Shown: positions 1 through 15,819 of the stretch, piece by piece
Layout of the letters: each line of letters starts with the position of its first letter
Numbering within the stretch: the stretch's first letter is position 1
Translations under genes and position numbers: made by a program
Assembly: GCF_009914755.1 (NCBI RefSeq)
Contig: NC_060928.1
Direction: 5' to 3' (one strand)
Length of the DNA: 64,000 nucleotides
Source of the DNA: the human T2T-CHM13v2.0 reference genome, Homo sapiens
The notes under the pieces: generated by a model
What the model was told of the DNA's origin: nothing
The model's database searches: none
What the model saw: only the letters and a program-made list of their open reading frames with translations

Positions 1-61
1 TGATTTTTTTTTTTTTTTTCTGTGTTTGGTATATTTTATTTAGCATAATGTCCTGTAGTCT

Positions 62-370
62 TCAGTGTTGGAGGTGGGACCCGGTGGGAGGTGATTGGAT
101 TATGGGGGTGGATTTTTTCTTGGGACTATGTTGTGATAGTGAGTGAGTTCTCATGAGATCTGGTTGTTTAAAGGTGTGTGGCACCTCCTCCCCTCTTCGT
201 CCTGTTCCTGCCAGGTAAGATGATGGCTGCTCCCATTTGCCTTCCACCATGAGTAAAAGTTTCCTGAGGCCTCCCCAGAAGCAGATGCTACCATGCTTCC
301 TGTACAGCCTGTGGAACCATTATCCAATTAAACACCTTTTGTTATAAGTTACCCAGCCTCAGGCATTTCT
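62..370 (+). mobile_element. MaLR LTR, MSTA/MSTB-like; lacks the first ~50 bp and the terminal ~30 bp
   Basis: Contains CAGTGTTGGAGGTGGG, CTCATGAGATCTGGTTGTTTAAA, CCTGAGGCCTCCCCAGAAGCAGATGC and TTACCCAGCCTCAGGCATTTCT, matching the recalled MST consensus. It breaks off into a poly(T). Confidence 0.85.
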
Positions 371-1194
<824 letters not shown>

Positions 1195-1905
1195 TTTTTT
1201 TTTTTTAATTTTTGTTTTAAGTTCAGGGGTGCATGTGCAGGATGTGCAGGTTTGTTACATAGGTAACTGTGTTTCATGGGGATTTGTTATACAGATTATG
1301 TCAGCATCCAGGTATTAAGCCTAGTATCCATTTGTATTTTTCCTGATCCTTTCCCTCCTCCCACTTTCTACCCTCTGATAGGCCCCAGGGTGTGTTGTTC
1401 CCCTCTATATGTCCATGGGTTCTCATCATTTTGCTCCCACTTGTAAGTGAGAACATGTGGTGTTTGGTTTTCTGCTCTTGTCTTAGTTTGTTGAGAATAA
1501 TGGCTTCCAACTCCATCCATGTCCTGCAAAGAACATGATCTTGTTCCTTTCTATGGCTGCATAATATTCCATGGTGTATATGTACCATATTTTCTTTATC
1601 TAGTCTATCATTGATGGTCATTTGGGTTGATTCCATGTGCTTGCTATTGTGAATAGTGCTGCAATGAACATATGCATGCATATATCTTTATAATAGAATA
1701 ATTTATATTCCTTTGGGTATATACCCAGTAATAGGATTGCTGGGTCAAATGGTATTTCTGGTTCCAGGTCTTTCAGGAATCACCACACTGTCTTCCACAA
1801 AGGTTGAACTAGTTTACATTTCTACCGACAGTGTAAATGTGTTCCTATTTCTTTGTCACCTCATCAGCATCTGTTGTTTCTTGACTTTTTAATAATTGCC
1901 ATTCT
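1195..1905 (-). mobile_element. 5'-truncated LINE-1 3' end (older L1PA, ~PA10-16)
   Basis: Poly(T) followed by TTTAAGTTCAGGGGTGCATGTGCAGGATGTGCAGG. ORF 1301-1681 contains the L1 ORF2 C-terminus (WMELEAIILNKL..HMFSL). Confidence 0.93.
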
Positions 1906-4900
1906 ATGCTTTCAATTAGTCAATTTAATTCATTTACAGTTTTTTATTGATAAATAAAGACTTGCTATTTTGTTATTTACGTTCTGGTTGTTTTGTAGCT
2001 CTTTTGTTTCCTTCTTCATCTCTTGTCAACCTTTGTAATTTGATACTTTTTGGAAGTGTTATGCTTTGATTCCTTAATCTTTAATGTTTGTATAACTGCT
2101 GTAGCTTTTTGTATTGTGGTTCCTGTGAGGCTTACATAAAAATTATAATTACGAAGGCCTATTTTAAGCTGATAATTAAATGCTGTCACAAATAAAAACT
2201 CTAGAGTTTTACCTTCCTACCATCCTACAATTTAATTTGTGATGTCACAATGTATCTTTTTATACTGTAGATTCCTCAATAACTTCTTGTAGCCTTAGAT
2301 ACTTTGACATGTCTCTAAATTTGATATTAGAGAAATGTATTAATAGACTTATTAATGTATACCACAGTATTAGAGTATTCTGGATTTGACTAAATATTGA
2401 TCTTTACCAGTGATTTTTATACTTTCATATTTATTCATTGTACTTATCACTTTTTATTTGTTTGGGTTTGAAGAACTGCCTTAAGCTTTTTTTTTGTAAG
2501 GTGTATGTAATGGTAATGATTCCTCAGCTTTTGCTTGTGCGGGACTGAATTTATTTATCTTTTATTTCTGAGGGATAGATTAGCTGTGAATAGTACTCTT
2601 GGCTGGCAGTTTTCTTTTTCTTTTTAGTCCCTTGAATGTATCATCTCAGTCTCTTCTGGCCTGCAAAGTTTCTGCTGATAAATCTGTTAATAGTCTAATG
2701 GTTTTTCTCTTATATGTGACTTCACAGTTTTCTCTCACTGCTTTTAGAATTCTCTGCCTTTGACTGTTGACAGTTTAATTATAATGTACCTTTGAAAGGA
2801 TCTCTTCAAGTTCCATCCATTTGGGGACTATTGAGCTTCATGAATTTGGATGTACATATCTCTTCCAAGACTTGGGAAGTTTTCAGCAAGTATTGCATTA
2901 GATAAACTTTCTGTCATTGCTCTATCTTTTCATTTTTTGAAACTCTATGTGAATATTTGTTCACTTAATAGTGTCCAATAAGTCTCATAGGCTGTCTCTA
3001 CTCTTTTTTATATTATTCTTGGTTTTTTTTCTTCTGATTTGAGTCATTTTAAATGACCTTGCTTCATGGATTCTTTCTTTTGCTTGATATAGTCTTCTAT
3101 TGTAGCTCATGTTTTTTTAAAATTATTTCACTGAATACTTTAGCAACAACAGTTTTGTTTTACCCTTTGTAATGACGTTCATTTGTTTGCTGAATGTCTT
3201 ATTTTGATTATGAATTGTTTTGTTTTCCTGATTTCATTGAATTGCCTATTTGTATTTTATTGTTTTTCACTGAGTTTTCTTAAGATCATTATTTTCAATT
3301 ATTTTTTAAACAACTTATAAATTTGTTTTCGTGGGGTCAGTTATTGGAGGATTATTATATTCCCTTGGTGTTGTCATGTCCCCTTTCATTTTCATGTTGT
3401 TTATGTCTCTTCGTTGATTTCTGTGCATCTGGTGTTGCAGCCACCTATTTCAAAGTTTAGCGAATGGCTTTGGTAGGAGAATACATTTACTTGCAGATGG
3501 GCCAGAAGGTGCTGGGTTGGGCAGGGTATGGTGGCACTGGTTTTTGTGTGGGTGCAGTTGTTTAGTCTCCACGCAACTTTTTGTTGTTGTTGTAATCAAC
3601 GTTAGCAATAACTGGGTGCCTCCGTTGTCTAGGCTATAGGAGTTTGTGGCAGTGATGGTGGCTGCATAGGTCATTGGGGCGGGGTCTTTAGGTATTCTCC
3701 TGTTCTTGTCTTCCTCACAGTGAGGAGTCTTAGCTAAGGGGATTTCTCTTGGTATTGGGACTGACACGGCTCACACACAGCCACAGTGGCACAGGGATTC
3801 AGGGCACAGGTGCTTGGAGAAGCTGTGAAGCCAGATTCGTGGTTTCGAGTCTTGAGACTCTAGTATAGCACCTGAGACTTGAGGCAGAAGTTCACTCTCC
3901 AAGAAACAAATGCATACAGTTCTCTCACTTAGCTGGAGTCTGTAGTTCTGAAGTACACCCAAGCACCTTGGTCTCAGGGGTCTGGGATGTAGCTGCAATT
4001 CTGACACTGGGGATCAGGGCACAGCATAACATAGTTTCAGGAAAAAAGGAGGACTCCAGGGGTTTGGACCCCAGAGATAGGGCAGAGTTGCAATTTGAGA
4101 CTCAGAACCAACAGAGCACAGTGGCAGCTCAGGCCCTGGAAGATAAGGTGACACTAGATCCTAGAATGTTGGGAAACATCAGTAGCTCAGTTAGGATGTT
4201 AGGAAATAGCAGTAACCCAGTCTTTGTGAGGCCAGGTGCAGCAGCAGCAAGAACCTAGAAATGGCGAGGTGCTACTGTGAATTGGGACTTAGGGATCAGT
4301 GTAGTGATGATTCTACTACCTGGAAGAGCAGATGTCTCAGCCATTTAGACCTCAAGGGGCCATCGAGTTTCAAGTAGCTCTAACTAGTTCCACAGTTCCA
4401 TCTATGCTTGTTCAGCCTGGAGGGCCAAACAGCTCAGGTAATCCTTTGATTCCCTGAAATGTGAGACACTGTGTCTATCTGGCCACAGAAAGTGTGGTTC
4501 CATGGGTCAGTGGAGCCTCTGGATCCCTGCAGGTGGGGTACCACATCAGCTGTGGTGCTGGGAGGTGCAACTGCCCAAGTTTGCCAGAGTATTAGACCCC
4601 ATGGAATGCAGGGTCCTGCCTTAGCTGTGATGCCAGGGGGCATAACTGCTCCTGTATGCCAGAGGCCTGAGGTCCTAGACAGGGCGGGGTCATTTGTGAT
4701 CTCAGCTGTGACTCTAAAAGGAGGCTGCCCTAGCAATTGAGATAATTGAGTAGGAATTGCTCTGCAGTAACTTGCCCCTAAAGGGTAAGATGGAGCATTA
4801 GCTCTGCTGGGGGATGGTATGTTACCAGGTAATCATGGTGCAGTGGTAGCTGAGCCTCAGGGATAAAGGGATGCAATGGCTACTCATCCCCAGAGCAGGA

Positions 4901-5390
4901 CGCATTCTAGAAGAGTCTCCAGTTCCAAAATAGTGCAAAGCAGTAGCAGCACAGACCACAGTGGTGTGGGGCATAGTCTCAGCTTCTCTATGGCTAGCTC
5001 AGCCCTGTTGACTCCAGGGAACTCCCTCAGCCGGTTCAAAGCTTGGGAGGTACAAAGGAATGTCCAGTAGAGAAGACTACAGGTGTCCAAGGTGGTGACT
5101 GGAGCTGCTGGGGTCCATTTACTTCCCTTTCCCCCACAGTGAGAAGCTCCTCCTGGTTCTGTGTTGATTCTGACCCAGGAGATGATGCGGCAGAGCCAAT
5201 GTGTTTTCTCCCCTTCTCTATGCAGCCATCCTGGGTTTCTGTGCTCTAAAGGATTCCTCCTGCTTCTTTGCTGTTCTCTAATGCTCTTCGTTAGTTATTT
5301 TGGTCAAAATTTAGATCTTTATTTGTTGCTTTGGGGTTTTTATGGGAAGAGGAGAGTGCTATTAGCTTCAAATCGGCCATCTTGCTAATG
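1906..5390 (-). mobile_element. 5' half of an old LINE-1 (L1M/L1MA-type): ORF2 start, inter-ORF region, degraded ORF1 and a long GC-richer 5'UTR
   Basis: ORF1-type antisense tracts (TCTCTTCTGGCCTGCAAAGTTTCTGCTGA, GACTTGGGAAGTTTTCAGC). It ends in TCGGCCATCTTG, the L1 5' YY1 motif AAGATGGCCGA on -. Confidence 0.75.
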
Positions 5391-5394
5391 TCCT

Positions 5395-5764
5395 AGCCTG
5401 AAAGTAACATTGTTTTCATCAAGGATAAAAAATTGAAAGCCAAGGGAAATCTATAAAAAAAAATAAGCTTGTTAATGTAATCCTTTTTACTCCTAGTCAC
5501 TTCTCTACTCAATTAACTACCCTTGCCCAAGTTCCTTTACTTGATTACATTTTCACAGTTTACTACTCTGTCCAATTCAGTATATGGTGTTTGACTTTAA
5601 CTGCTTCTTTGAGCCTTCATTTCCTTATGAGAGCTCCTTGTCACCTAAAACTTATAAGAAATAAATTTGCATGCTTTTCTCCCACTTGTCATGTTAAAGT
5701 AATGATCACATCCAGATGAATAAAAATACAAACAAGGAAGAGGTAAAGTTTTGCTTCCTCTACA
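5395..5764 (+). mobile_element. ERV1 LTR fragment (MER34-like)
   Basis: TAAAACTTATA..AAATAAATTTGCATGCTTTTCTCC, ending in GAGGTAAAGTTTTGCTTCCTCTACA. Confidence 0.65.
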
Positions 5765-6057
5765 CTATGCTCTGATTTCCTAGAATTCTTAAAAAAGAAA
5801 TCCTCAGAAATAACACCCCTCACACCCCTCTCACTATCAACAAAACATACACTGTTTAAAATAATGACTTTATCCCATTCAGGCCTCTCCACCTTGGTAA
5901 AAACGTCTGTATGGTGTTTATTTCTTGACAATTTGTTAAATTTAATTTATTTTTCTTTGTCCTTGCCTATTTGCCAAACTGAAAAAAGAGGAAATCTGGG
6001 GTCCTTGCATCATCATTGTTGTGAAAAGGGAATTTCCTTTCTTCACTCATAGACTAT

Positions 6058-6170
6058 TATGGTGGCAAAATAAGCTCCAAAGATGTCCACACATGTCATA
6101 CATCCCAGAGCTGGTAAAAGTGTTATAAGGCACAACAGAAATTAAGATAGCATATGCAATTAATGCTGCT
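6058..6170 (+). mobile_element. MLT1D/E-like MaLR LTR, part 1
   Basis: CCAAAGATGTCCAC..AATTAAGATAGCATATGCAATTAATGCTGCTA; the element resumes at ~6874. Confidence 0.7.
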
Positions 6171-6873
<703 letters not shown>

Positions 6874-7239
6874 GTTGTTAATAAACTGACCTTAAAATAG
6901 GAAGATTAGGAATCTAATCCTAGTTATTCCTAGGAATAATTGGATTATTAGGAAGGAGCCAAATGTGATCCCACAGGTCTTTAAATGTGGAAGAGGAAAG
7001 CAAAACCCTCATGGTCAGTGTGAAGTACTGTGAGAAAAACAAGTGTTACTAGCTTTGAATATGTAAGAGAGCCAAAGGCTGATAAAGGCAGCTTCTTAAA
7101 TCTGAAAAAGGCAAGAAAATAGGTTCTCCTTTAGAACCCCCAAAAAGGAATGTGGCTTTGCCAGCAACCTGATTATTGCCCAGTGGAACTTACATCAGAC
7201 TTCTGACCTACAAACATGTAAGATAATACATCTGTGTTG
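6874..7239 (+). mobile_element. MLT1D/E-like LTR, part 2
   Basis: CTGACCTTAAAATAGGAAGATT..GAAAAAGGCAAGAAAATAGGTTCTCC..CAGACTTCTGACCTACA..AAGATAATACATCTGTGTTGTTTT. Confidence 0.8.
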
Positions 7240-7472
7240 TTTTTTTTCTTTTTTCTTTTTTTTCTTTTATTATACTTTAAGTTCTAGGGTACATGTGCAT
7301 AATGTGCAGGTTTGTTACATATGTATACATGTGCCATGCTGGTGTGCTGCACCCATTAACTCGTCATTTACATTCGGTATATCTCCTAATGCTATCCCTC
7401 CCCACTTCCCCGACCCCAAGACAGGCCCTGGTGTGTGGTGTTCCCCACCCTGTGTCTAAGTGTTCTCATTGT

Positions 7473-11274
<3,802 letters not shown>

Positions 11275-11337
11275 TATGATATTAGCTGGTTATTTTGCTT
11301 GTTAGTTGATGCGGTTTCCTCCTAGCATCAATGGTCT

Positions 11338-12361
11338 TTACAATTTGTCACGTTTTTGTAGTGGCTGGTACCGGTTGTTCCTTTCCATGTTTAGTGCTTC
11401 CTTCAGGAGCTCTTGTAGGGCAGGCCTGGTGGTGACAAAATCTCTCAGCATTTGCTTGTCTGTGAAGGATTTTATTTCTCCTTCACTTATGAAGCTTAGT
11501 TTGGCTGGATAGGAAATTCTGGGTTGAAAATTCTTTTCTTTAAGAATGTTGAATATTGGCCCCCACTCTCTTCTGGCTTGTAGACTTTCTGCCAAGAGAT
11601 CTGCTGTTAGTCTGATGGGCTTCCCTTTGTGGGTATCCTGACCTTTCTCTCTGGCTGCCCTTAATATTTTTCCCTTCATTTCAACTTTGATGAATCTGAC
11701 AATTATGTGTCTTGGAGTTGCTCTTCTCGAGGAGTATATTTGTGGTGTTCTCTGTATTTCCTGAATTTGAATGTTGGCCTGCCTTGCTAGATTGGGGACG
11801 TTCTCCTGGATAATATCCTTCAGAGTGTTTTCCAACTTGGTTCCATTCTCCCCATCACTTTTGGGTACACCAATCAGACGTACATTTGGTCTTTTCACAT
11901 AGTCCCATATTTCTTGGAGGCTTTGTTCATTTCTTTCTACTCTTTTTTCTCTAAACTTCTCTTCTCACTTCATTTCATTCATTTGATCTTCAATCACTGA
12001 TACCATTTCTTCCAGTTGATCGACTCGGCTACTGAAGCTTGTGCATGCATTACGTAGTTCTTGTGCCATGGTTTTCAGCTCCATCAGGTAATTTAAGGTC
12101 TTCTCTATGCTGTTTATTCTAATTAGCCATTAGTCCGATCTTTTTTCAAGGTTTTTAGCTTCTTTGCAATGGGTTCGAACATCCTCTTTTAGCTCGGAGA
12201 AGTTTGTTATTACCGATCTTCTGAAGCCTTCTTCTCTCAATTCATCAAAGTCATTCTGTCCAGCTTTGTTCCTTTGCTGACGAGGAGCTGCTTTCCTTTG
12301 GAGGATAAGAGGCGCTCTGATTTTTAGAATTTTCAGCTTTTCTGCTCTGGTTTCTCCCCAT
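11338..12361 (-). pseudogene. L1 ORF1 (RNA-binding protein), disrupted N-terminal half
   Basis: ORF 11338-11898 reads KRPNVRLIGVP..ARREWGPIFNILKEKNFQPRISYPAKLSF. The start ATG is at 12361 (TTTCTCCCCAT). Confidence 0.92.
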
Positions 12362-12936
12362 CTTTGTGGTTTTATCTACCTTTGGTCTTTGATGATGGTG
12401 ACGTACAGATGGGGTTTTGGTGTGGGTATCGTTTCTGTTTGTTAGTTTTCCTTCTAACAGTCAGGACCCTCAGGTGCAGGTCTGTTGGAGTTTGCTGGAG
12501 GTCCACTCCAGACCCTGTTTGCCTGGGTATCACCAGCGGAGGCTGCAGAACCACAAATATTGCAGAACGGCAAATGTTGCTGCCTGATTGTTCCTCTGTA
12601 AGCTTCCTCTCAGAGGGGCACCCAGCTGTATGAGGTGTCAGTTGGCCCCTACTGGGAGGTGCCCCCCAGTTAGGCTACTCGGGGGTCAGAGACCCACTTG
12701 AGGAGGCAGTCTGTCCCTTCTCAGATCTCAAACTCCATGCTGGGAGAATCACTACTCTCTTCAAAGCTGTCAGACAGGGACATTTAAGTCTGAAGAAGTT
12801 TCTGCTGTCTTTTGCTCAGCTATGCACTGCCCCCAGAGGTGGAGTCTACAGAGGCAGGCAGGCTTCCTTGAGCTGCAGTGGGCTCCACCCAGTTCGAGCT
12901 TCCTGGCCACTTTGTTTACCTACTCAAGCCTCAGCA

Positions 12937-13119
12937 ATGGTGGGTGCCCCTCGCCCAGCCTCACTGCCGCCTTGCAGTTCGATCTCAGACTGCTGTGCTA
13001 GCAGTGAGCAAGGCTCCGTGGGCGTGGGACCCTCTGAGCCAGGCACGGGATATAATCTCCTGGTGTGCCATTTGCTAAGACCATTGGAAAAACACAGTAT
13101 TAGGGCAGTAGTGACCTGA
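12937..13119 (+). pseudogene. L1 antisense ORF0 homolog, 60 codons, truncated
   Basis: MVGAPRPASLPPCSSISDCCASSEQGSVGVGPSEPG matches primate L1 ORF0; it stops at TGA 13117-13119. Confidence 0.8.
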
Positions 13120-13403
13120 TTTTCCAGGTGCTGTCTGCCATGGCTTCCCTTGGCTAGGAAAATGAATTCCCCGACCCCTTGCGCTTCTCAGGTGAGGTGA
13201 TGTCTCGCCCTGCTTTGGCTCACGGTCTGTGGGCTGCACCCACTGTCCTGCACCCACTGTCCTACACCCACTGTCCGACAAGCCCCAGTGAGACGAACCT
13301 GGTGCCTCAGTTGGAACTGCAGAAATCACCTGTCTTTTGTGTTGCTCACACTGGGAGCTGTAGACTGGGGCTGTTCTTATTCAGCCATCTTGGAACCTCC
13401 CTC

Positions 13404-13462
13404 ATGTTGTTTTATGTCACTAAATTTGTGATAATTTATTACAGTATAATAAGAACTAATCT
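13404..13462 (+). mobile_element. MLT1D/E-like LTR, 3' terminus (part 3)
   Basis: TGTTGTTTTATGTCACTAAATTTGTGATAATTTATTACAG..AACTAAT continues the LTR after the L1. Confidence 0.75.
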
Positions 13463-15299
13463 AGCTAATAAAAGAATGATACAACTTCATTGAGCGCTCT
13501 TATTTATTGCACCTTTCTATAGTCCTTTATATTCCTATTTACAATCAAAACTTCTTTTTTGCTATATTTGAAATGCCTACTAAGTATCTGAAAATTTTTA
13601 GACACTATACATATAGTGATTATCATTGTAAAGTCAAGTCTTTACTTTCTTGAACCTATGCTCTCAATGAGGAAATTCATAGATAAATTGCAAATCTTTT
13701 CATGCACATATAGCCTGACCTTGAAAGACTAAGAAAAAAATTTGTATAAGAAATTGCATCTTTATGAACTCCAAAAAAATAAATTGAAGTGATTTCAGTG
13801 AAGTCAGAGATAGAGATGAACATGTGCAAATGCTGGGCTATAAGAAAACACATTAGGGAGAGCAAGTTTCATAAGGTTTTACTTTTTAAGAGCATAAAGG
13901 TGGGAAGTAGGGGAAACTAATTAAAATTTAATTCCTTACAAATAATTGTAGTTTTCTTTTTCCACATGGTTTAAAACATCAATTACTTTAAGCATTACTG
14001 AAGCCTAAATTTTTAATGCACAGTGAACGATATTTAAGACTGATCCAAACTGCACAACAAAAACATCTGCAAATCAAATACTCTTTAGGAAGACTTTAAA
14101 CAGCATGCGTGTGTTGTACTTTTATTTTTTTTTTAAGTCAGATCACTAGGGTTAAGGTTGACACATTGCATACTATATACTCTGACATCTAATAAAGTAC
14201 TATGTAATTTTCCACGGCTTAATTCTGTTTATTAATTAGCTTCCTCGCTTAATAATCTCTCCTTACAATCTGTCACCTATTGAAAGAATCAATAGAGAAT
14301 GTATACACACTAGCTGTTAGAGTGTACATTACATAGCTGCCATTATGCTAGGCGCTATTATACATAATTCAGTTGCAATAATAACTTGGATATTATGCAC
14401 TAAATTTGAGTATATCAATATTTTGCTCAAAATTTTTAATTAAAAAGAACCAATTTAAAGCAGTGTAATGACAAGTATTTGGAGAAATACTTTCGTGCAA
14501 GTGTTTCACTTTGATCTTTGGAACCAAAGATATTTATTTATTTTTATTTTTTAAAGTTTTCATGACTCCTTTGGAGCTTAATCCATTGAATTGAGTGGGT
14601 GGCTTAATTGGGTTTTAAAATATGATAGAGCATAAAGTAATGATACTTTTGCTAGATGTTCAGAAATGATTATTGGTATCTATTCTAAATGGTAACTTCC
14701 AAAATTTAATTAGCCCAGTAAATTTCACTTAGCACCTATTATGTTTCAGACAGCATTCTATAAATTTAAGACATATTTACCAAATAATATCAATAACCCA
14801 CACCACAATAATAATAATAAACAAATAGTCTTGCCCCATGAAGCTGGTAGTAAGTAAGTGCTTGGTCAGAAAAGGAGATGATAGAAAATACAGAGTAAGC
14901 CTAATTTTTGAAATAAAGTGATTATCCAATAATTACAAATTAATGATAGAAGTACAAGAAACATGGATTAGTACAAGAAAGGAAATATAGATTAGTACAA
15001 GAGGGTTTAGATTATTGGGAAAGAGGTTTGGAACTATTAAATAAAGTGTTCAGAATATTTTGACCAATTGTTATTGGTCCAGTCTCCCGTGATAACTATT
15101 CTGAAAAGCCAATATTTAGATGCTTACATTCGTATGTAGTTTATTAAAATTAAAACACAGCAACCCCCCAAAAGTCAGTATCTTGAGCAACAGGAAAGAT
15201 ATGTAATGCCTCTGTCAAATGCCAGCCCAACCAAAAATCGGAGTTATAATATCTCTCAAGCTATTTCTTCTCTGTTCTAAGTAGCTTGAAATTTGAAAG

Positions 15300-15430
15300 A
15301 CAGCACTTTACTCTGTGCTTCAAGGCACTTTACATGTATAAGAGAATAATTACAGAGCTACTCAATTGAACCAGGTGTTAAGTACTATTATCCCTATTTT
15401 ATGGAAATGGAATAAGAGTTGACAAGGCTC
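15300..15430 (-). mobile_element. MIR fragment
   Basis: GGCACTTTACATG..ACTATTATCCCTATTTTATGGAAATGGAA; a further core-like piece lies at ~15680-15740. Confidence 0.5.
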
Positions 15431-15819
15431 AGGGGGTCAATCCAACCAGGAAAATAAAAGCTGTTAATCTAAATCAACAGAAAAATGCAAGCTGCCCTAG
15501 TGCCCTTGAATAAGTCAATTAAATTCAATTTCCTTGTCTGAAGACAATGAAAGTGAGTATTAAAAAAAAACGGAAAAAACTATCAAAGATTTCAAATAAA
15601 TATAGAACATATATGAGTTTTGATGATGATACAATACCCTGACTCTGGAGTCATGTATGGCAAAAGAAGATTGCACTGGTTGAAAAATGAGACACAAAGA
15701 GTTTAAATAACTTTACCCATAGCACAGGGCAAGAAAATGATATAGTTCTATAAAGCACTTTAAACTCAGACTTTAGTGAAATACTTTAACCAGAAGTCTG
15801 CAAGCAGCATTTACATATA

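Noticed and set aside
3450-5388. Cluster of ORFs in a GC-richer tract
   Set aside because: Falls in an old L1 5'UTR, is CpG-depleted and has no recognisable domains; not a CpG island or gene.
14950-15003. Three spaced copies of AGTACAAGA (similar short repeats at 4161-4222 and 19720-19793) as a CRISPR-like array
   Set aside because: Too short and too few, with spacers related to each other; these are slippage duplications in eukaryotic DNA.
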